64,000 nucleotides of DNA from an uncultured Arcobacter sp. (GCA_965140705.1 OZ223300.1:1568001-1632000), one strand, 5' to 3'; numbered from the stretch's first letter, positions 1-10,444 are shown. Made by a program: numbers and translations. Notes: generated from the letters alone by a model not told the origin.

Positions 1-296
1 CTAATATTATGAAAATGGGAAGAGATATCTCTTTATATCACCATGAAAAATGGGATGGAACAGGTTACCCAAAAGGCTTAAAAGGTGATGAAATACCAGT
101 ATTTGCTAGAATTGTATCTATTGTAGATGTTTTTGATGCACTAATGTCTAAACGATGTTATAAAGAGGCATTTGATGAAAATAAATCTAGAAATATTATT
201 TTAAAAGGAAAAGGTACTTTTTTTGAGCCAAGAATTGTAGATGCTTTTGAAGAGTGCTTTGAAGAGTTAGTTAAAATATCAAAAGAAAACTCTTAA
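1..296 (+). CDS. HD-GYP domain phosphodiesterase, C-terminal part (gene starts before the window)
   Basis: HHEKWDGTGYP and IVDVFDAL motifs; the frame is open to the window edge. Confidence 0.85.
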   Translation, partial: NIMKMGRDISLYHHEKWDGTGYPKGLKGDEIPVFARIVSIVDVFDALMSKRCYKEAFDENKSRNIILKGKGTFFEPRIVDAFEECFEELVKISKENS

Positions 297-299
297 AAA

Positions 300-318
300 C
301 CTAAGTATAAAACTTAGG
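300..318. terminator. Hairpin between convergent genes, probable bidirectional terminator
   Basis: CCTAAGT-ataaa-ACTTAGG inverted repeat flanked by A and T runs at the convergent stops. Confidence 0.5.
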
Positions 319-3133
319 CTTTTAGATCTCTATTTTTATATGCAGCTGCAATTGTAATAAATACAAAAGTTGTTACAACATATACCCACATAGGGATTGG
401 TACAGGATCTCCTGTAGCATATGAGTGCATTCCAGATAAGTAGAAGTTTACTCCAAAATAAGTCATTAAAATTGTACTAAAGGCTAAAACAGATGCAGTT
501 GTTAAAACAAATGGATTATTTAATGATTTAATAAATCTTAAGTGAATAACTATTGCATAAACAACTATTGATACATAGGCCCAAGTCTCTTTTGGATCCC
601 AGCCCCAATATCTTCCCCATGATTCATTTGCCCAAACTCCACCTAAGAAGTTTCCAATTGTAATTGCACTTAATCCAATAATTAAAGACATTTCATTTAT
701 ATACGTAATATGTTTAATAGTCTCATCTAAGTGTGGTCTATTTTTTCTAAATATAAATAATATAAGTGTCATAAATCCAATAATAGCACTTAATCCAAAG
801 AAACCATAAGAAGCTGTTAATACAGATACATGAATTGTTAGCCAGTATGATTTAAGAACTGGAACTAGGTTAGTAATTTGTGGATCAATACTTGTTAGAT
901 GAGCTGTAAACATAAATATAGCAGCTACAATAACAGCAGCACTTAAAGCAAGTAATGATTTTCTAAAGAAAACAACACCGGCAAATACGGCAGACCATGA
1001 TATGTAAAGTAAGGATTCATAAGTATTTGTCCAAGGTGCATGTCCTGAAATTATCCATCTAAATCCCATTCCAAAAGTATGTGCTGCAAATAATATTGCT
1101 AAAACTATAAATGCTACTAATGTAGTTTTCTTAGGTCTAATTTTAGGATTAAATACAACTACAAATGATGTAACTAATAAAATAAATCCAACTAGTAAAT
1201 AAGCTAATGTTAACTTAGGAAAGATATCAATTTTATTAAAGAATATTTCATTAGATATTTGTCTTTCACTTGGAATAATACTTGCACCAACTTTTTTTTG
1301 GTAAGAGTTAATAAAATCTAAGTATTTCCCCGCATTTTCCCAATCTTCTATAATAATAGTATTGATAAACCCTCTAACCATTGTCTCAACAGCTTTTTGT
1401 GCTCTTCCTTTAAAAGTTTGCATTGCATCTACAGGATTAAGCCATTTTGTTGATTTCATATCATTTGGATTTGGGAACATATTAAATAAGCTTGCATTAT
1501 ATGTCATATACGCAATATTTAATCTTTCATCAACCCTAATAACATCTTTTTCATATGTACCTCTATCAGAAGGCTTTGTAGTAATTGCTTTATTCATTTC
1601 ATTAGCTAAAATATATTTACCATCTTTAAAAACTTCTGAAAAAGAGATATATTTTCTCGATGGGTCAATTCCTAAGAATTTTTTTAATCTTGGAGTAGTA
1701 ATTTTTATCATTTTTACATCTCTCCAGATTTCTGGTCTAGAAATCATCCCAAGAACTATTTGATCTGCATTTAAATCAAACATGCTTGTTTTACCCGATA
1801 ATTTTAAAAGAATTTCTCTATCTAAAGTATCAATAGGTTTCATTCTTCCTGCATTACTTTGAACAGTAAGTTTTCCAAACTTATTTGCTACTGCAGTAGA
1901 ATCTTTTCTAAGCATTTTCATATATTCTTCTGGATTCTTATACTCTTTAACTACAACTTGATGTTGAGCTTGAGATGTTTGTGCTGTTTGTGTTTGTTGA
2001 TCTGCCGCATGTAAATTAGAAGCAGCAAAAGATAAACTTAAAGCAACAAGTAAAGAAGCAAAGTTTTTATTTTTTAATTTGTTTGCAAGTATCCAAAATC
2101 TTGATTGTTTACTAAATAGGTTTAAAATAAGACCTAAAGTTAGGAAAAAGTATCCTGCATAAGTTGGCCATTTCCCTGGGTCATTATTTACTGACAAAAC
2201 TGTTCCTTTTTCATCTGGATCATATGAACTTTGGAAGAATAAAAAATTACCTTCGTGAAGTGTTCTATTCATAAAAATTCTATAATCATATGATTTTCCA
2301 TTTTCTTCATTTACTGTAACTTCTGAAGCATAAGAAGATGGAGACATACTTCCTGGATATCTATCAAGTTGGAAGTCATTTAATTTAATTGAGAAAGGTA
2401 ATTTTAATAATTTAGAACCATATTCTAAGGTTACAATAGTATCTCCAAAATCTTCAATTTTTGGAAAACCTTTTTGTCCTCTTTTACCTGGTAACCTAAC
2501 TGTTTTAGTTTCTCCATTTAAAGTTATATCAAGAGATAAGATACCCATCTCTGCTTTACCCTTTTTACTTACAGTATAATCGGTATATTTTAAGTTTAAA
2601 TTTTTATTATTGAACTTCAAGTCATAGTTAAAGTTATTTAATTTTTGAGCAAAATATTCAACTAATCCTGTATTGTACCCCTCATCCATACCTTTTCTTA
2701 AGGTTGATGCTGCAAACTCTAATGGATACTCTTTATAAAAAGAACTTCCATCTTTTTGTTTAATCTGTACTTGTAAATATGGATTTAATGAATACATTAA
2801 ATCTTGTGTTTGACCTTCTCTTATTTGCATAATACCTTCATATCCTACAAATCTTGTTACTGCGGCACCTATTAAAATCAAGACAAAAGATGAATGAAAC
2901 AAAAATTTTGCTTTTTGTCTCCACATTTTTCTTCTGTAGATAATCCCCATCAAATTAACTGTAGTAAGAACTAAAACAGCTTCATACCACAAGTTATCAT
3001 AAACTAAAACTCTAGCAGTTGAAGTTCCGTAATCATTTTCAATAAATGTAGCTACACCAGCTCCAACTGCTAAAAGTGCGAGTAGGATAAGTGTTGTTTT
3101 AAATGAAAATAATATATCTAATATCTTATTCAA
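314..3133 (-). CDS. ccsA: Fused system II cytochrome c synthase CcsBA
   Basis: WWD motif WANESWGRYWGWDPKETW, conserved His residues (FLFHSS, WLTIHV, SGMHSY), N-terminal ResB-like region, many TM segments; TTG start. Confidence 0.92.
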   Translation of the reverse strand: MNKILDILFSFKTTLILLALLAVGAGVATFIENDYGTSTARVLVYDNLWYEAVLVLTTVNLMGIIYRRKMWRQKAKFLFHSSFVLILIGAAVTRFVGYEGIMQIREGQTQDLMYSLNPYLQVQIKQKDGSSFYKEYPLEFAASTLRKGMDEGYNTGLVEYFAQKLNNFNYDLKFNNKNLNLKYTDYTVSKKGKAEMGILSLDITLNGETKTVRLPGKRGQKGFPKIEDFGDTIVTLEYGSKLLKLPFSIKLNDFQLDRYPGSMSPSSYASEVTVNEENGKSYDYRIFMNRTLHEGNFLFFQSSYDPDEKGTVLSVNNDPGKWPTYAGYFFLTLGLILNLFSKQSRFWILANKLKNKNFASLLVALSLSFAASNLHAADQQTQTAQTSQAQHQVVVKEYKNPEEYMKMLRKDSTAVANKFGKLTVQSNAGRMKPIDTLDREILLKLSGKTSMFDLNADQIVLGMISRPEIWRDVKMIKITTPRLKKFLGIDPSRKYISFSEVFKDGKYILANEMNKAITTKPSDRGTYEKDVIRVDERLNIAYMTYNASLFNMFPNPNDMKSTKWLNPVDAMQTFKGRAQKAVETMVRGFINTIIIEDWENAGKYLDFINSYQKKVGASIIPSERQISNEIFFNKIDIFPKLTLAYLLVGFILLVTSFVVVFNPKIRPKKTTLVAFIVLAILFAAHTFGMGFRWIISGHAPWTNTYESLLYISWSAVFAGVVFFRKSLLALSAAVIVAAIFMFTAHLTSIDPQITNLVPVLKSYWLTIHVSVLTASYGFFGLSAIIGFMTLILFIFRKNRPHLDETIKHITYINEMSLIIGLSAITIGNFLGGVWANESWGRYWGWDPKETWAYVSIVVYAIVIHLRFIKSLNNPFVLTTASVLAFSTILMTYFGVNFYLSGMHSYATGDPVPIPMWVYVVTTFVFITIAAAYKNRDLKA

Positions 3134-3259
3134 AATATAAGTCCTTTTGTATGTCTTTTTTCAATTTCATTATAATGATGCATTATTAATAAAATATTAA
3201 CTATTTCAACTATAGTAAAATTTTGCAATTATATCAAAAGATATTTAAGAAATAATGAT

Positions 3260-3265
3260 TATAAT
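3260..3265 (+). promoter_or_regulatory. -10 box of cmoB, probable leaderless transcript
   Basis: TATAAT 6 nt upstream of ATG 3272; no Shine-Dalgarno. Confidence 0.5.
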
Positions 3266-3271
3266 TGCATT

Positions 3272-4192
3272 ATGAATGAACAATTAGAAGAATTACAAAA
3301 AAAGCGAATAGAGTGTCTTTCTTGGAAAAATATTAAACCATGGCATGAGCAACTTTTAAAAGCACAAGAAATCCAAAAAAGACCTTGTGAAGTTAAACTT
3401 GAAGATTGGCTAACTATCGGAAAAGAATCAGATTTAAGTGATGAAGAAAAAGAAATAGTTTTACAAACTGCAAAAACACTAATACCTTGGAGAAAAGGTC
3501 CATTTAATCTTTTTGGATTGGAAATTGATAGTGAATGGCAAAGTAATATAAAGTATAATCTTATTCGACCACATTTTAATTTAAAAGATAAAGTTGTCGC
3601 TGATATAGGTTGTAACAATGGTTATTATATGTTTAGAATGCTTGAGGACAAGCCTAAAAAACTTATAGGATTTGACCCAAGTCCACTAACTATGCTCCAA
3701 TTTGAATTTATCAATCATTTTATAAAAAGTGATATAGTTTATGAAAAGCTTGGTGTTGAACATTTAGAAATCTATAATCACAGTTTTGATTTTATATTTA
3801 TGCTAGGTGTTTTATACCATAGATCTGATCCCGTTGGAACATTAAAACTTTTAAGAAACTCATTAAATAAAGATGGTGAAGTGTTAATTGATACTTTTAT
3901 GATAGATGGAGAAGAAGAGGTTGCTTTAACTCCAAATGGTCGATATTCAAAAATACCTAATATCTATTTTGTACCGACAATTCCAGCACTTAAAAATTGG
4001 TTGACAAGAGCAGGGTTTTGTGATATTGAAGTTCTTTCGGTGACAACTACTTCAAGTGAAGAGCAAAGAAAAACAAAATGGTCTTTTGATCAAAGTTTAG
4101 AAGATTTTTTAGATCCAAATGATAAGAGTAAAACTGTAGAAGGTTATCCAGCCCCTAAAAGAGTATATGTAAAAGCAAGAAGAAAGAATTAG
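3272..4192 (+). CDS. cmoB: tRNA U34 carboxymethyltransferase CmoB
   Basis: PWRKGPF, IDSEWQS, DIGCNNGYY, GVLYHR and TVEGYPAPKR motifs. Confidence 0.95.
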   Translation: MNEQLEELQKKRIECLSWKNIKPWHEQLLKAQEIQKRPCEVKLEDWLTIGKESDLSDEEKEIVLQTAKTLIPWRKGPFNLFGLEIDSEWQSNIKYNLIRPHFNLKDKVVADIGCNNGYYMFRMLEDKPKKLIGFDPSPLTMLQFEFINHFIKSDIVYEKLGVEHLEIYNHSFDFIFMLGVLYHRSDPVGTLKLLRNSLNKDGEVLIDTFMIDGEEEVALTPNGRYSKIPNIYFVPTIPALKNWLTRAGFCDIEVLSVTTTSSEEQRKTKWSFDQSLEDFLDPNDKSKTVEGYPAPKRVYVKARRKN

Positions 4193-5157
4193 AATAAATC
4201 TATATTGTCTTCTTCTTTAATATCACTAAAGGCTAAAAATGAACTTCTTCCTTTATTTTTAGCCTCATAAAGTGCTGTATCTGTATTTTTTATAATTTGA
4301 TCCAGCGATGAATGTTTTGTATTAAACTTATCATATCCAATACAAATTGTTTTTTTAAGAGTTGCTTGTTCATTTATTTTTATTTCCACATTAGCGAAAT
4401 CTTCAATAATCTTTTCACATAAAGTTCTAATTTCATTTTCACTATCACTACTTAATATTGAAACTAAAAATTCGTCCCCTGAAAGTCTTGCAACTAGATC
4501 AAATTCTGAGATATTTGTATGAATAACTTTTGCAAGTTCTATTAATACTTTGTCACCAATATCATAATCAAACTCATCAACTACAGCTTTAAACCTATCA
4601 ATTCCTATCATTAAAAAGAAAATATCACTTGATTCATTGTGTGATAAATTAATCAATTTATTAACATGTTCAGTTAAATATTGTCTATTATAAACATTTG
4701 TAACAGAATCAATTGAGTTAGCTTGAATATAATTTTTCTTTAAAATACCACTTTGTATGATAGGAGATATTTGAAAAAAGGCTGATTCTATAGCCGTATA
4801 TTCAGCTTCTAAAACTGTAAAATGAGTCTTTGAAGTAGAAGAGAAAGATACTATTGCATTTTGAGAAGTATGAGTATTGATAATAAAGAAAAAAGATTTA
4901 TCATCATCTAAATAAAACTCCTCACCTTTTACATAAATATTCTCTTTTTTGTTGTTTTTCATGTCAAATAAAGAGAAGGTTACATTATCAACATTATAAT
5001 TTCTATTTAACCATAAATAGATATCTTCTGCCATTTGTTTTAAATTTGAAGAGTATTGTAATTGTTCGTATAATTCATAAATTTTTTCTAAAGAGGCAAA
5101 ATCTTTTTCATGATTGCATGACGATTTAATCAAATTTAATATCGAATTTTTTAACAT
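4189..5157 (-). CDS. GGDEF-domain protein (SGDEF variant) with N-terminal GAF-like region
   Basis: DSVTNVYNR, IDRFKAVVD, ARLSGDEF and ALYEAKNKGR motifs. Confidence 0.85.
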   Translation of the reverse strand: MLKNSILNLIKSSCNHEKDFASLEKIYELYEQLQYSSNLKQMAEDIYLWLNRNYNVDNVTFSLFDMKNNKKENIYVKGEEFYLDDDKSFFFIINTHTSQNAIVSFSSTSKTHFTVLEAEYTAIESAFFQISPIIQSGILKKNYIQANSIDSVTNVYNRQYLTEHVNKLINLSHNESSDIFFLMIGIDRFKAVVDEFDYDIGDKVLIELAKVIHTNISEFDLVARLSGDEFLVSILSSDSENEIRTLCEKIIEDFANVEIKINEQATLKKTICIGYDKFNTKHSSLDQIIKNTDTALYEAKNKGRSSFLAFSDIKEEDNIDLF

Positions 5158-5236
5158 GACTCTTCTTTCTCTAATTTTATATATATTATAAGTATTTTTA
5201 ATTAAAAATAGGATTAAAACTTAATTTTAATAATAT

Positions 5237-5830
5237 TTACAAATAATTCAACCATCCATTTAAAGAATGTTTCTCTTCTTTTAAGGTAGTGCTTTCACCA
5301 TGTCCTGGATGAATTTTAATATCTTTATTCCAAGTTAAAATTTTCTTGATACTCTCTTTCATATTCTGTGGACTTGAAAAAGGAAAGTCCACTCTTCCAA
5401 TTGTCCCTTTAAATATAAAATCGCCACTGAAAAGATTACCATCTATTTCTATGGCAGAACAACCAGGTGTATGACCTGGAAAAAAATGATATTTTACAAT
5501 TGTACCATCAAAATCAAATTCTTGATCTCCATTTACTAAAATATCTGGATGACTTGGAGTCATACCAAATCCATATGGATCTTTTTCAAGTAAAAAAGCA
5601 TCTTCTTTTGGACAATATATCTTTAGTGCAAATTCATTACTCACTTCATAGTTTGACCATACATGATCAAAGTGACCATGCGTATTTAATATAACAATAG
5701 GATTAGTAACATTTTCTTTTATCCATTGTATTGCGTCTACACCTGGATCTATTATAAAATCTTTATTATCAACAGTAACAATATAACAATTTGTTTGATA
5801 CTCTCCCATTGGTTTTCTTTTTATATCCAT
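5237..5830 (-). CDS. MBL-fold metallo-hydrolase (YcbL/glyoxalase II-like)
   Basis: THGHFDH, PGHTPG, FSGD and PGHG motifs. Confidence 0.9.
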   Translation of the reverse strand: MDIKRKPMGEYQTNCYIVTVDNKDFIIDPGVDAIQWIKENVTNPIVILNTHGHFDHVWSNYEVSNEFALKIYCPKEDAFLLEKDPYGFGMTPSHPDILVNGDQEFDFDGTIVKYHFFPGHTPGCSAIEIDGNLFSGDFIFKGTIGRVDFPFSSPQNMKESIKKILTWNKDIKIHPGHGESTTLKEEKHSLNGWLNYL

Positions 5831-5888
5831 TTTAAACCTTACTTAGATAGAATCTATTTTTATGATTATATCAATTTAGAGGTAATAA

Positions 5889-6710
5889 GTGAATTATTTT
5901 AGGGATTTAGAAGAGATTTTATTAACAATTAACCCAAAGGAAAAGTTTAGAAAATTTGATACTTTTTATAAAAATTTTTTAAATAAAAATATAGACTTTA
6001 GTAATAATTATGAAATCATGCCATTAACAGAGCCTTCATACAAAAGTTTTATGAATATAGTTCTTCCCAAAAATGTAAAAATAAGAAAGTATTTTGATAC
6101 AAAAGAGGGCAAAGGAAGTCTGCTTCATACAATAGCTCATATTGAATATAGTGCTATTGATTTAGCGCTTGATGCAGCTTTACGATTTAAAAATCTACCA
6201 AAAGAATATTATAAAGATTGGTTAGAAGTTGCAAGTGATGAGATTAGACATTTTTTGATGATAGAAGAGATTATGAATGAAGTTGGATATAAATATGGAG
6301 ACTTTGAAGTACATACAAATCTTTTTGAAGCTATGAAAAAAACTACTACTTTAGTAGAAAGAATGGCAATAGTTCCTCGATATTTAGAAGCAAATGGGCT
6401 TGACCAAAATCCAAAAATCATGAAAAAACTAGAATCAAATCCAGATGAAATAAATAATAAAATTTTAAAAGCATTAAATATTATTTTAGAAGAAGAAGTT
6501 GACCATGTCTATAAAGGGGACAAGTGGTTTAAATATGCTTGTGAAAAAGAGAACTTAGAAGTAGAAAATACCTATTTAGAACTTCTTGAAAAATATTACC
6601 CTGGTAGTACTCAGGGTAAAAAGTCTGATATGAACTTTGAAGCAAGAAAAAAAGCTGGATTTTCTTGTAATGAATTAAAAAGATTATCAAATAAAAGTGA
6701 CTGTGCATAA
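5889..6710 (+). CDS. Ferritin-like DUF455 family protein
   Basis: HTIAHIEYSAIDLA, DEIRHF, LEANGLD and EEVDHV di-iron-type motifs. Confidence 0.85.
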   Translation: MNYFRDLEEILLTINPKEKFRKFDTFYKNFLNKNIDFSNNYEIMPLTEPSYKSFMNIVLPKNVKIRKYFDTKEGKGSLLHTIAHIEYSAIDLALDAALRFKNLPKEYYKDWLEVASDEIRHFLMIEEIMNEVGYKYGDFEVHTNLFEAMKKTTTLVERMAIVPRYLEANGLDQNPKIMKKLESNPDEINNKILKALNIILEEEVDHVYKGDKWFKYACEKENLEVENTYLELLEKYYPGSTQGKKSDMNFEARKKAGFSCNELKRLSNKSDCA

Positions 6711-6730
6711 GATAATATACACTTTGACTT

Positions 6731-7261
6731 TTATTCTTGAATTGTCCAGATAAGTTTATCTTTACTATATCCTAAAGCAGGCAAGGTATCGAGTATTTTA
6801 TTTAAAGTTTTCTTATCAAGTTTTTTTGTTTTAGAAAGAATCCACAGATACTTTCTTGATGGTTCTCCTATTAAGGCATATTTATAATCTTTATCAAGCA
6901 TTAATATCCAATAATCACCATAGAATGGTCTGAAAAAACTAACTTTTAATTTGCTATTTGACTCATTTGTAGCATATGCAACGCCAATAGCTTTTTTCTT
7001 TTCATTTGTATCAATTTTTTGACATGAATTGACTACTTTAATTTTATTGTCATCTCTTAAAGTATAATTTGCACTTACATTTTTACATCCCTTTTCAAAA
7101 AACTGTTCATATCTTGCTATTTCATACCAAGTTCCTATATACTTATCAATATCAACTTTTTTTACAGTTTTTAATGGTGGATATTTATTCGCACAAGATG
7201 TAAAAAGTAAAATGATAAATATAAGTAGAGTACTTTTAAAAATAGTGTTCATAGTTTTCAC
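6731..7261 (-). CDS. blc: Outer membrane lipocalin lipoprotein Blc
   Basis: Lipobox LFTSC; YIGTWYEIAR, KLKVSFFRPFYGDYW and YLWILS motifs; start could be GTG 7261 or ATG 7252. Confidence 0.88.
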   Translation of the reverse strand: MKTMNTIFKSTLLIFIILLFTSCANKYPPLKTVKKVDIDKYIGTWYEIARYEQFFEKGCKNVSANYTLRDDNKIKVVNSCQKIDTNEKKKAIGVAYATNESNSKLKVSFFRPFYGDYWILMLDKDYKYALIGEPSRKYLWILSKTKKLDKKTLNKILDTLPALGYSKDKLIWTIQE

Positions 7262-7300
7262 CTTTACAATTTTTTATATTATAATTAAACAAAAAATAGT

Positions 7301-7323
7301 TTTGTATTCATTTTATGTAAGTT
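7301..7323 (-). promoter_or_regulatory. Putative regulator site overlapping the -35 of the blc promoter
   Basis: 19/23 identical to 17883-17905; both lie 17 nt from a -10-like hexamer. Confidence 0.4.
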
Positions 7324-7333
7324 CAACTTTTTT

Positions 7334-8062
7334 TCAAAAAAATTCACTCATATAAGTTCTATATATTAAAGGAACTTGGCTTTGTTGTAATTTTTTGTTT
7401 TCACGCTCTTTTATAGAGACTGCACTAAAAAAGCTTTTCCACAATTTTTGAAATTTCTCTTCATTTTGGGAGTAAGTGGGTGTCTCAAAAGAAGATATAT
7501 TTTCTATACTTACTTTCATACCATTTTTTATAAAGGCAAATTCCCTTTTAAGGTCATGGATTATAAAGTTTTGATTATTAAACCTTTTTATAAAGTGTTT
7601 AGCTAAAAAATAAAGTACATTAAACTTACATTCAATTTTCGCATATAAATACCCATCTTCTAACTCTTCAAATCTTATAAAAGCATACATTCTATGTACA
7701 TTTTTAAATAGCTCTTTTTCTAGATTATTTATATAAAATACACAAGAATTATTTATATTAAATAGCTCTTGTGTATTTTTAAATCCGATAATTATAAACT
7801 CTAAAAGTTGCATTTCAAACTCTTCTTCATCACATAAAAAAATATTTAAAATCTTTTGAAACATATTTTTTGGAAATAGTTTTTTAATCGAATCAAGTAC
7901 TTTTTGAGAGTTTTCTTTTTTTGTTTCTATATATTTTATCTCATCAAATATAATCTCTTCGGGTAAACTTTTATAGATATTTTTGGGTTTTAACCTTTCA
8001 TAATAAACACTATAGACTAAAGATAAAAAACCCTCAAAAGTACCATCATAAATTAAAATCAT
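7334..8062 (-). CDS. TIGR03915/DUF4130-type putative DNA metabolism protein
   Basis: YDGTFEGFL N-terminus, HRMYAFIRF, FQKLWKSFF; overlaps the stop of the radical SAM gene. Confidence 0.85.
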   Translation of the reverse strand: MILIYDGTFEGFLSLVYSVYYERLKPKNIYKSLPEEIIFDEIKYIETKKENSQKVLDSIKKLFPKNMFQKILNIFLCDEEEFEMQLLEFIIIGFKNTQELFNINNSCVFYINNLEKELFKNVHRMYAFIRFEELEDGYLYAKIECKFNVLYFLAKHFIKRFNNQNFIIHDLKREFAFIKNGMKVSIENISSFETPTYSQNEEKFQKLWKSFFSAVSIKERENKKLQQSQVPLIYRTYMSEFF

Positions 8063-9294
8063 AATTCACCACTAATTGCACTAAAATCAAATAAACTAGG
8101 CTGAAAAAGTTTTTTCTTTTCAGGTTTTAAAAGTGCTGTTTTAATAGAATCTCTATAAAAAGGTATTTGACGTTGAAATTCTTTATTACAAGTGATAAAA
8201 TAAATGGCTCTTTTTAGAGATATCCTTAGTTTTTTTAAATCATCAAATCCAAGTCTTTTAAATCTTCTGGCATTTAATATTTTTTGAACAGCTCTAGCAC
8301 CAATCCCAGGTATTCTTAGAAGTTCTTCTTTTGAAGCTTTATTTATCTCCATAGGAAAATATTTTAGATTATTAAGTGCCCAAAATGTTTTAGGATCTAA
8401 ATTTTCATCTAGATTTGGAAATTCATCTGTTACTATTTCATCCCAAGAAAAATCATAAAATCTAAGTAACCAATCTGCTTGATATAGTCTATGTTCACGT
8501 ACAAGTGGCGGCTTAGTTATTACTGTAGGTAGATTTTTGTCATCATTTACTGGAATATATGCACTATAATAGACTCTTTTTAATAAAGCTTTATTATACA
8601 AAGCAGAACTAAGTTTAAGGATCTCTCTATCACTTTCAGGAGTTGCACCAATTATTAATTGCGTGCTCATTCCTATTGGTTGTTTTCCTTTTTCTAAACT
8701 CAAATCTCTAGCATATTTTAGGGGTTCTAAAACCTTTTGTTTTGTTTTATTAGGAGCTAAAAGTTTTAGTGACTTATCACTTGGAAGTTCTATATTTGAG
8801 CTTACTCTATTTGCTAGTTTTACTATTTGTTCTACTAATTCCATACTTCCACCTGGAATTAGTTTTACATGAATATATCCATTGAACTTATATTCAAATC
8901 TAAGTATTTTAAGTGTTCTTAAAATCAAAGTCATCGTATGATCTTCATTGTCTATGATTCCAGAGCTTAAAAAAAGACCTTCAATGTAATTTCTTTTATA
9001 AAAATTTATAGTAATATCAGCTAATTCTCTTGGTGCAAAAGCAGCTCTTGGTATATCATTTGAAACTTTATTTATACAATAAGCACAATCATAAATGCAA
9101 TAATTTGTAAGTAGTACTTTTAGTAGGGAAACACATCTGCCATCTGCTGTATAAGTGTGGCAAATTCCACTTGAATGACTAGCCCCAAGCTCACCTATTT
9201 TATGAGTTTCTTTCTCTCCACTTGAAGAACAAGAGACATCATATTTGGCACTATTACTTAGTATTTCCATTTTTTCATAAATATCTTTTCTCAT
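8059..9294 (-). CDS. TIGR03916-type putative DNA modification/repair radical SAM protein
   Basis: AKYDVSCSSSG, CIYDCAYC radical SAM motif, REHRLYQADWL, C-terminal HhH (LLRIPGIG). Confidence 0.9.
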   Translation of the reverse strand: MRKDIYEKMEILSNSAKYDVSCSSSGEKETHKIGELGASHSSGICHTYTADGRCVSLLKVLLTNYCIYDCAYCINKVSNDIPRAAFAPRELADITINFYKRNYIEGLFLSSGIIDNEDHTMTLILRTLKILRFEYKFNGYIHVKLIPGGSMELVEQIVKLANRVSSNIELPSDKSLKLLAPNKTKQKVLEPLKYARDLSLEKGKQPIGMSTQLIIGATPESDREILKLSSALYNKALLKRVYYSAYIPVNDDKNLPTVITKPPLVREHRLYQADWLLRFYDFSWDEIVTDEFPNLDENLDPKTFWALNNLKYFPMEINKASKEELLRIPGIGARAVQKILNARRFKRLGFDDLKKLRISLKRAIYFITCNKEFQRQIPFYRDSIKTALLKPEKKKLFQPSLFDFSAISGEL

Positions 9295-9300
9295 TTTTAC

Positions 9301-9306
9301 ATTTTA
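9301..9306 (-). promoter_or_regulatory. -10 box of the radical SAM gene, probable leaderless transcript
   Basis: TAAAAT 6 nt upstream of ATG 9294; no Shine-Dalgarno. Confidence 0.4.
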
Positions 9307-9360
9307 TATAAAAATAAAGCTTAGCTTTAAAAATATATCAATTTGTAATGAAAAATTTTA

Positions 9361-10434
9361 TTAAGAGTTTTTATGTGAAATTTTTCTTATTATCTCAGCA
9401 CTTGGTTTAGCGTAATAGTAACCTTGAACATAATCAACTCCAATCTCTCTTACTATATTTAACTCTTCAACTGTTTCTACGCCTTCTGCTAGAAGTTTGA
9501 TATTATTTTCATTGGAGATTTGTCTAAGAGCTTTATAAATAGATTGTTTCATATTATCGTTTTGTATATTATCTATTATATTTCTATCTACTTTGATAAT
9601 ATCTGGTTTGATATCTATAATCATATTTAAAGAAGAATAACCTTCCCCTACATCATCTAAAGCAATTAAAAAACCTTTTTTTCTATAAAAATTTAAAATA
9701 TCTTTTAAGTGGCTTTTATCTTCTACTTTCTCTGTTTCAACAACTTCAAATATTATATTTTTTGGGTCATAGTCTAATTGTTTTGCCCATTTTACAGTGG
9801 ATTGAAGACAAAATTCAGGATCATATATTGAAGTTGGTAAAAAGTTGATAAATATTTTTTTATTTACTCTTTTTGTTGCGGCAGTTTTAAGGGCTGTTTC
9901 TCTACATATTTGATCAAGTTTAAAATTTGCATTATTTCTAGTAGATTTTTTAAAAATTTCATCTGGGTACATTAGTGTTCCATCTGGATAAACACCTCTT
10001 ATTAAAGCTTCATATCCAAAAATTGAATTACTTCTCATATCAATAATTGCTTGAAAATGTGAAGTAAAGCTTTTACTATATAAAATATCAAAAAAAGAAG
10101 TATCTTTTATAAAGTTTAAATATATAAAAAGTGGTTTTGATTTTAATACAGTATTAATTGTAAGGGGATGTCTATGATTCTCTATAAAGATTTTTATCTC
10201 TTTTTGTTCTTCTTCTGAAAACTTTTCTATTAAAAAATCAGCATTTTCTTCAAAAAACAAATTTGGATTTAAGGAGACAAAAGAGCAGATATTTTCATTT
10301 ATATTTGTTTCTAAGCCTAACTCATTTATATAAAGTTCTGACTTTTTTAGTAACTCCTCTACATTTGAAATAAAATGAACAGTTGATTCACTTCCACAAA
10401 TATTAAACTCTTCTTTACATGTACATTGAATCAT
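9361..10434 (-). CDS. EAL-domain c-di-GMP phosphodiesterase
   Basis: YEALIR, FEVVE, ALDDVGEGYSSL, IKVDR, AEGVET and QGYYY motifs. Confidence 0.9.
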   Translation of the reverse strand: MIQCTCKEEFNICGSESTVHFISNVEELLKKSELYINELGLETNINENICSFVSLNPNLFFEENADFLIEKFSEEEQKEIKIFIENHRHPLTINTVLKSKPLFIYLNFIKDTSFFDILYSKSFTSHFQAIIDMRSNSIFGYEALIRGVYPDGTLMYPDEIFKKSTRNNANFKLDQICRETALKTAATKRVNKKIFINFLPTSIYDPEFCLQSTVKWAKQLDYDPKNIIFEVVETEKVEDKSHLKDILNFYRKKGFLIALDDVGEGYSSLNMIIDIKPDIIKVDRNIIDNIQNDNMKQSIYKALRQISNENNIKLLAEGVETVEELNIVREIGVDYVQGYYYAKPSAEIIRKISHKNS

Positions 10435-10444
10435 AATATCTCCT

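Noticed and set aside
1362..1763. Antisense or shadow ORFs in the track (e.g. 1362-1763, 3259-3618, 19792-20145, 26729-27040, 27340-27651, 34829-35311, 61384-61656)
   Set aside because: They lie opposite well-supported genes, lack motifs and RBSs, and have the composition expected of reverse-frame translations
3170..3271. Fur-box-like and palindromic AT sequences between ccsBA and cmoB
   Set aside because: Only partial matches in very AT-rich DNA, and they overlap the likely -10 elements
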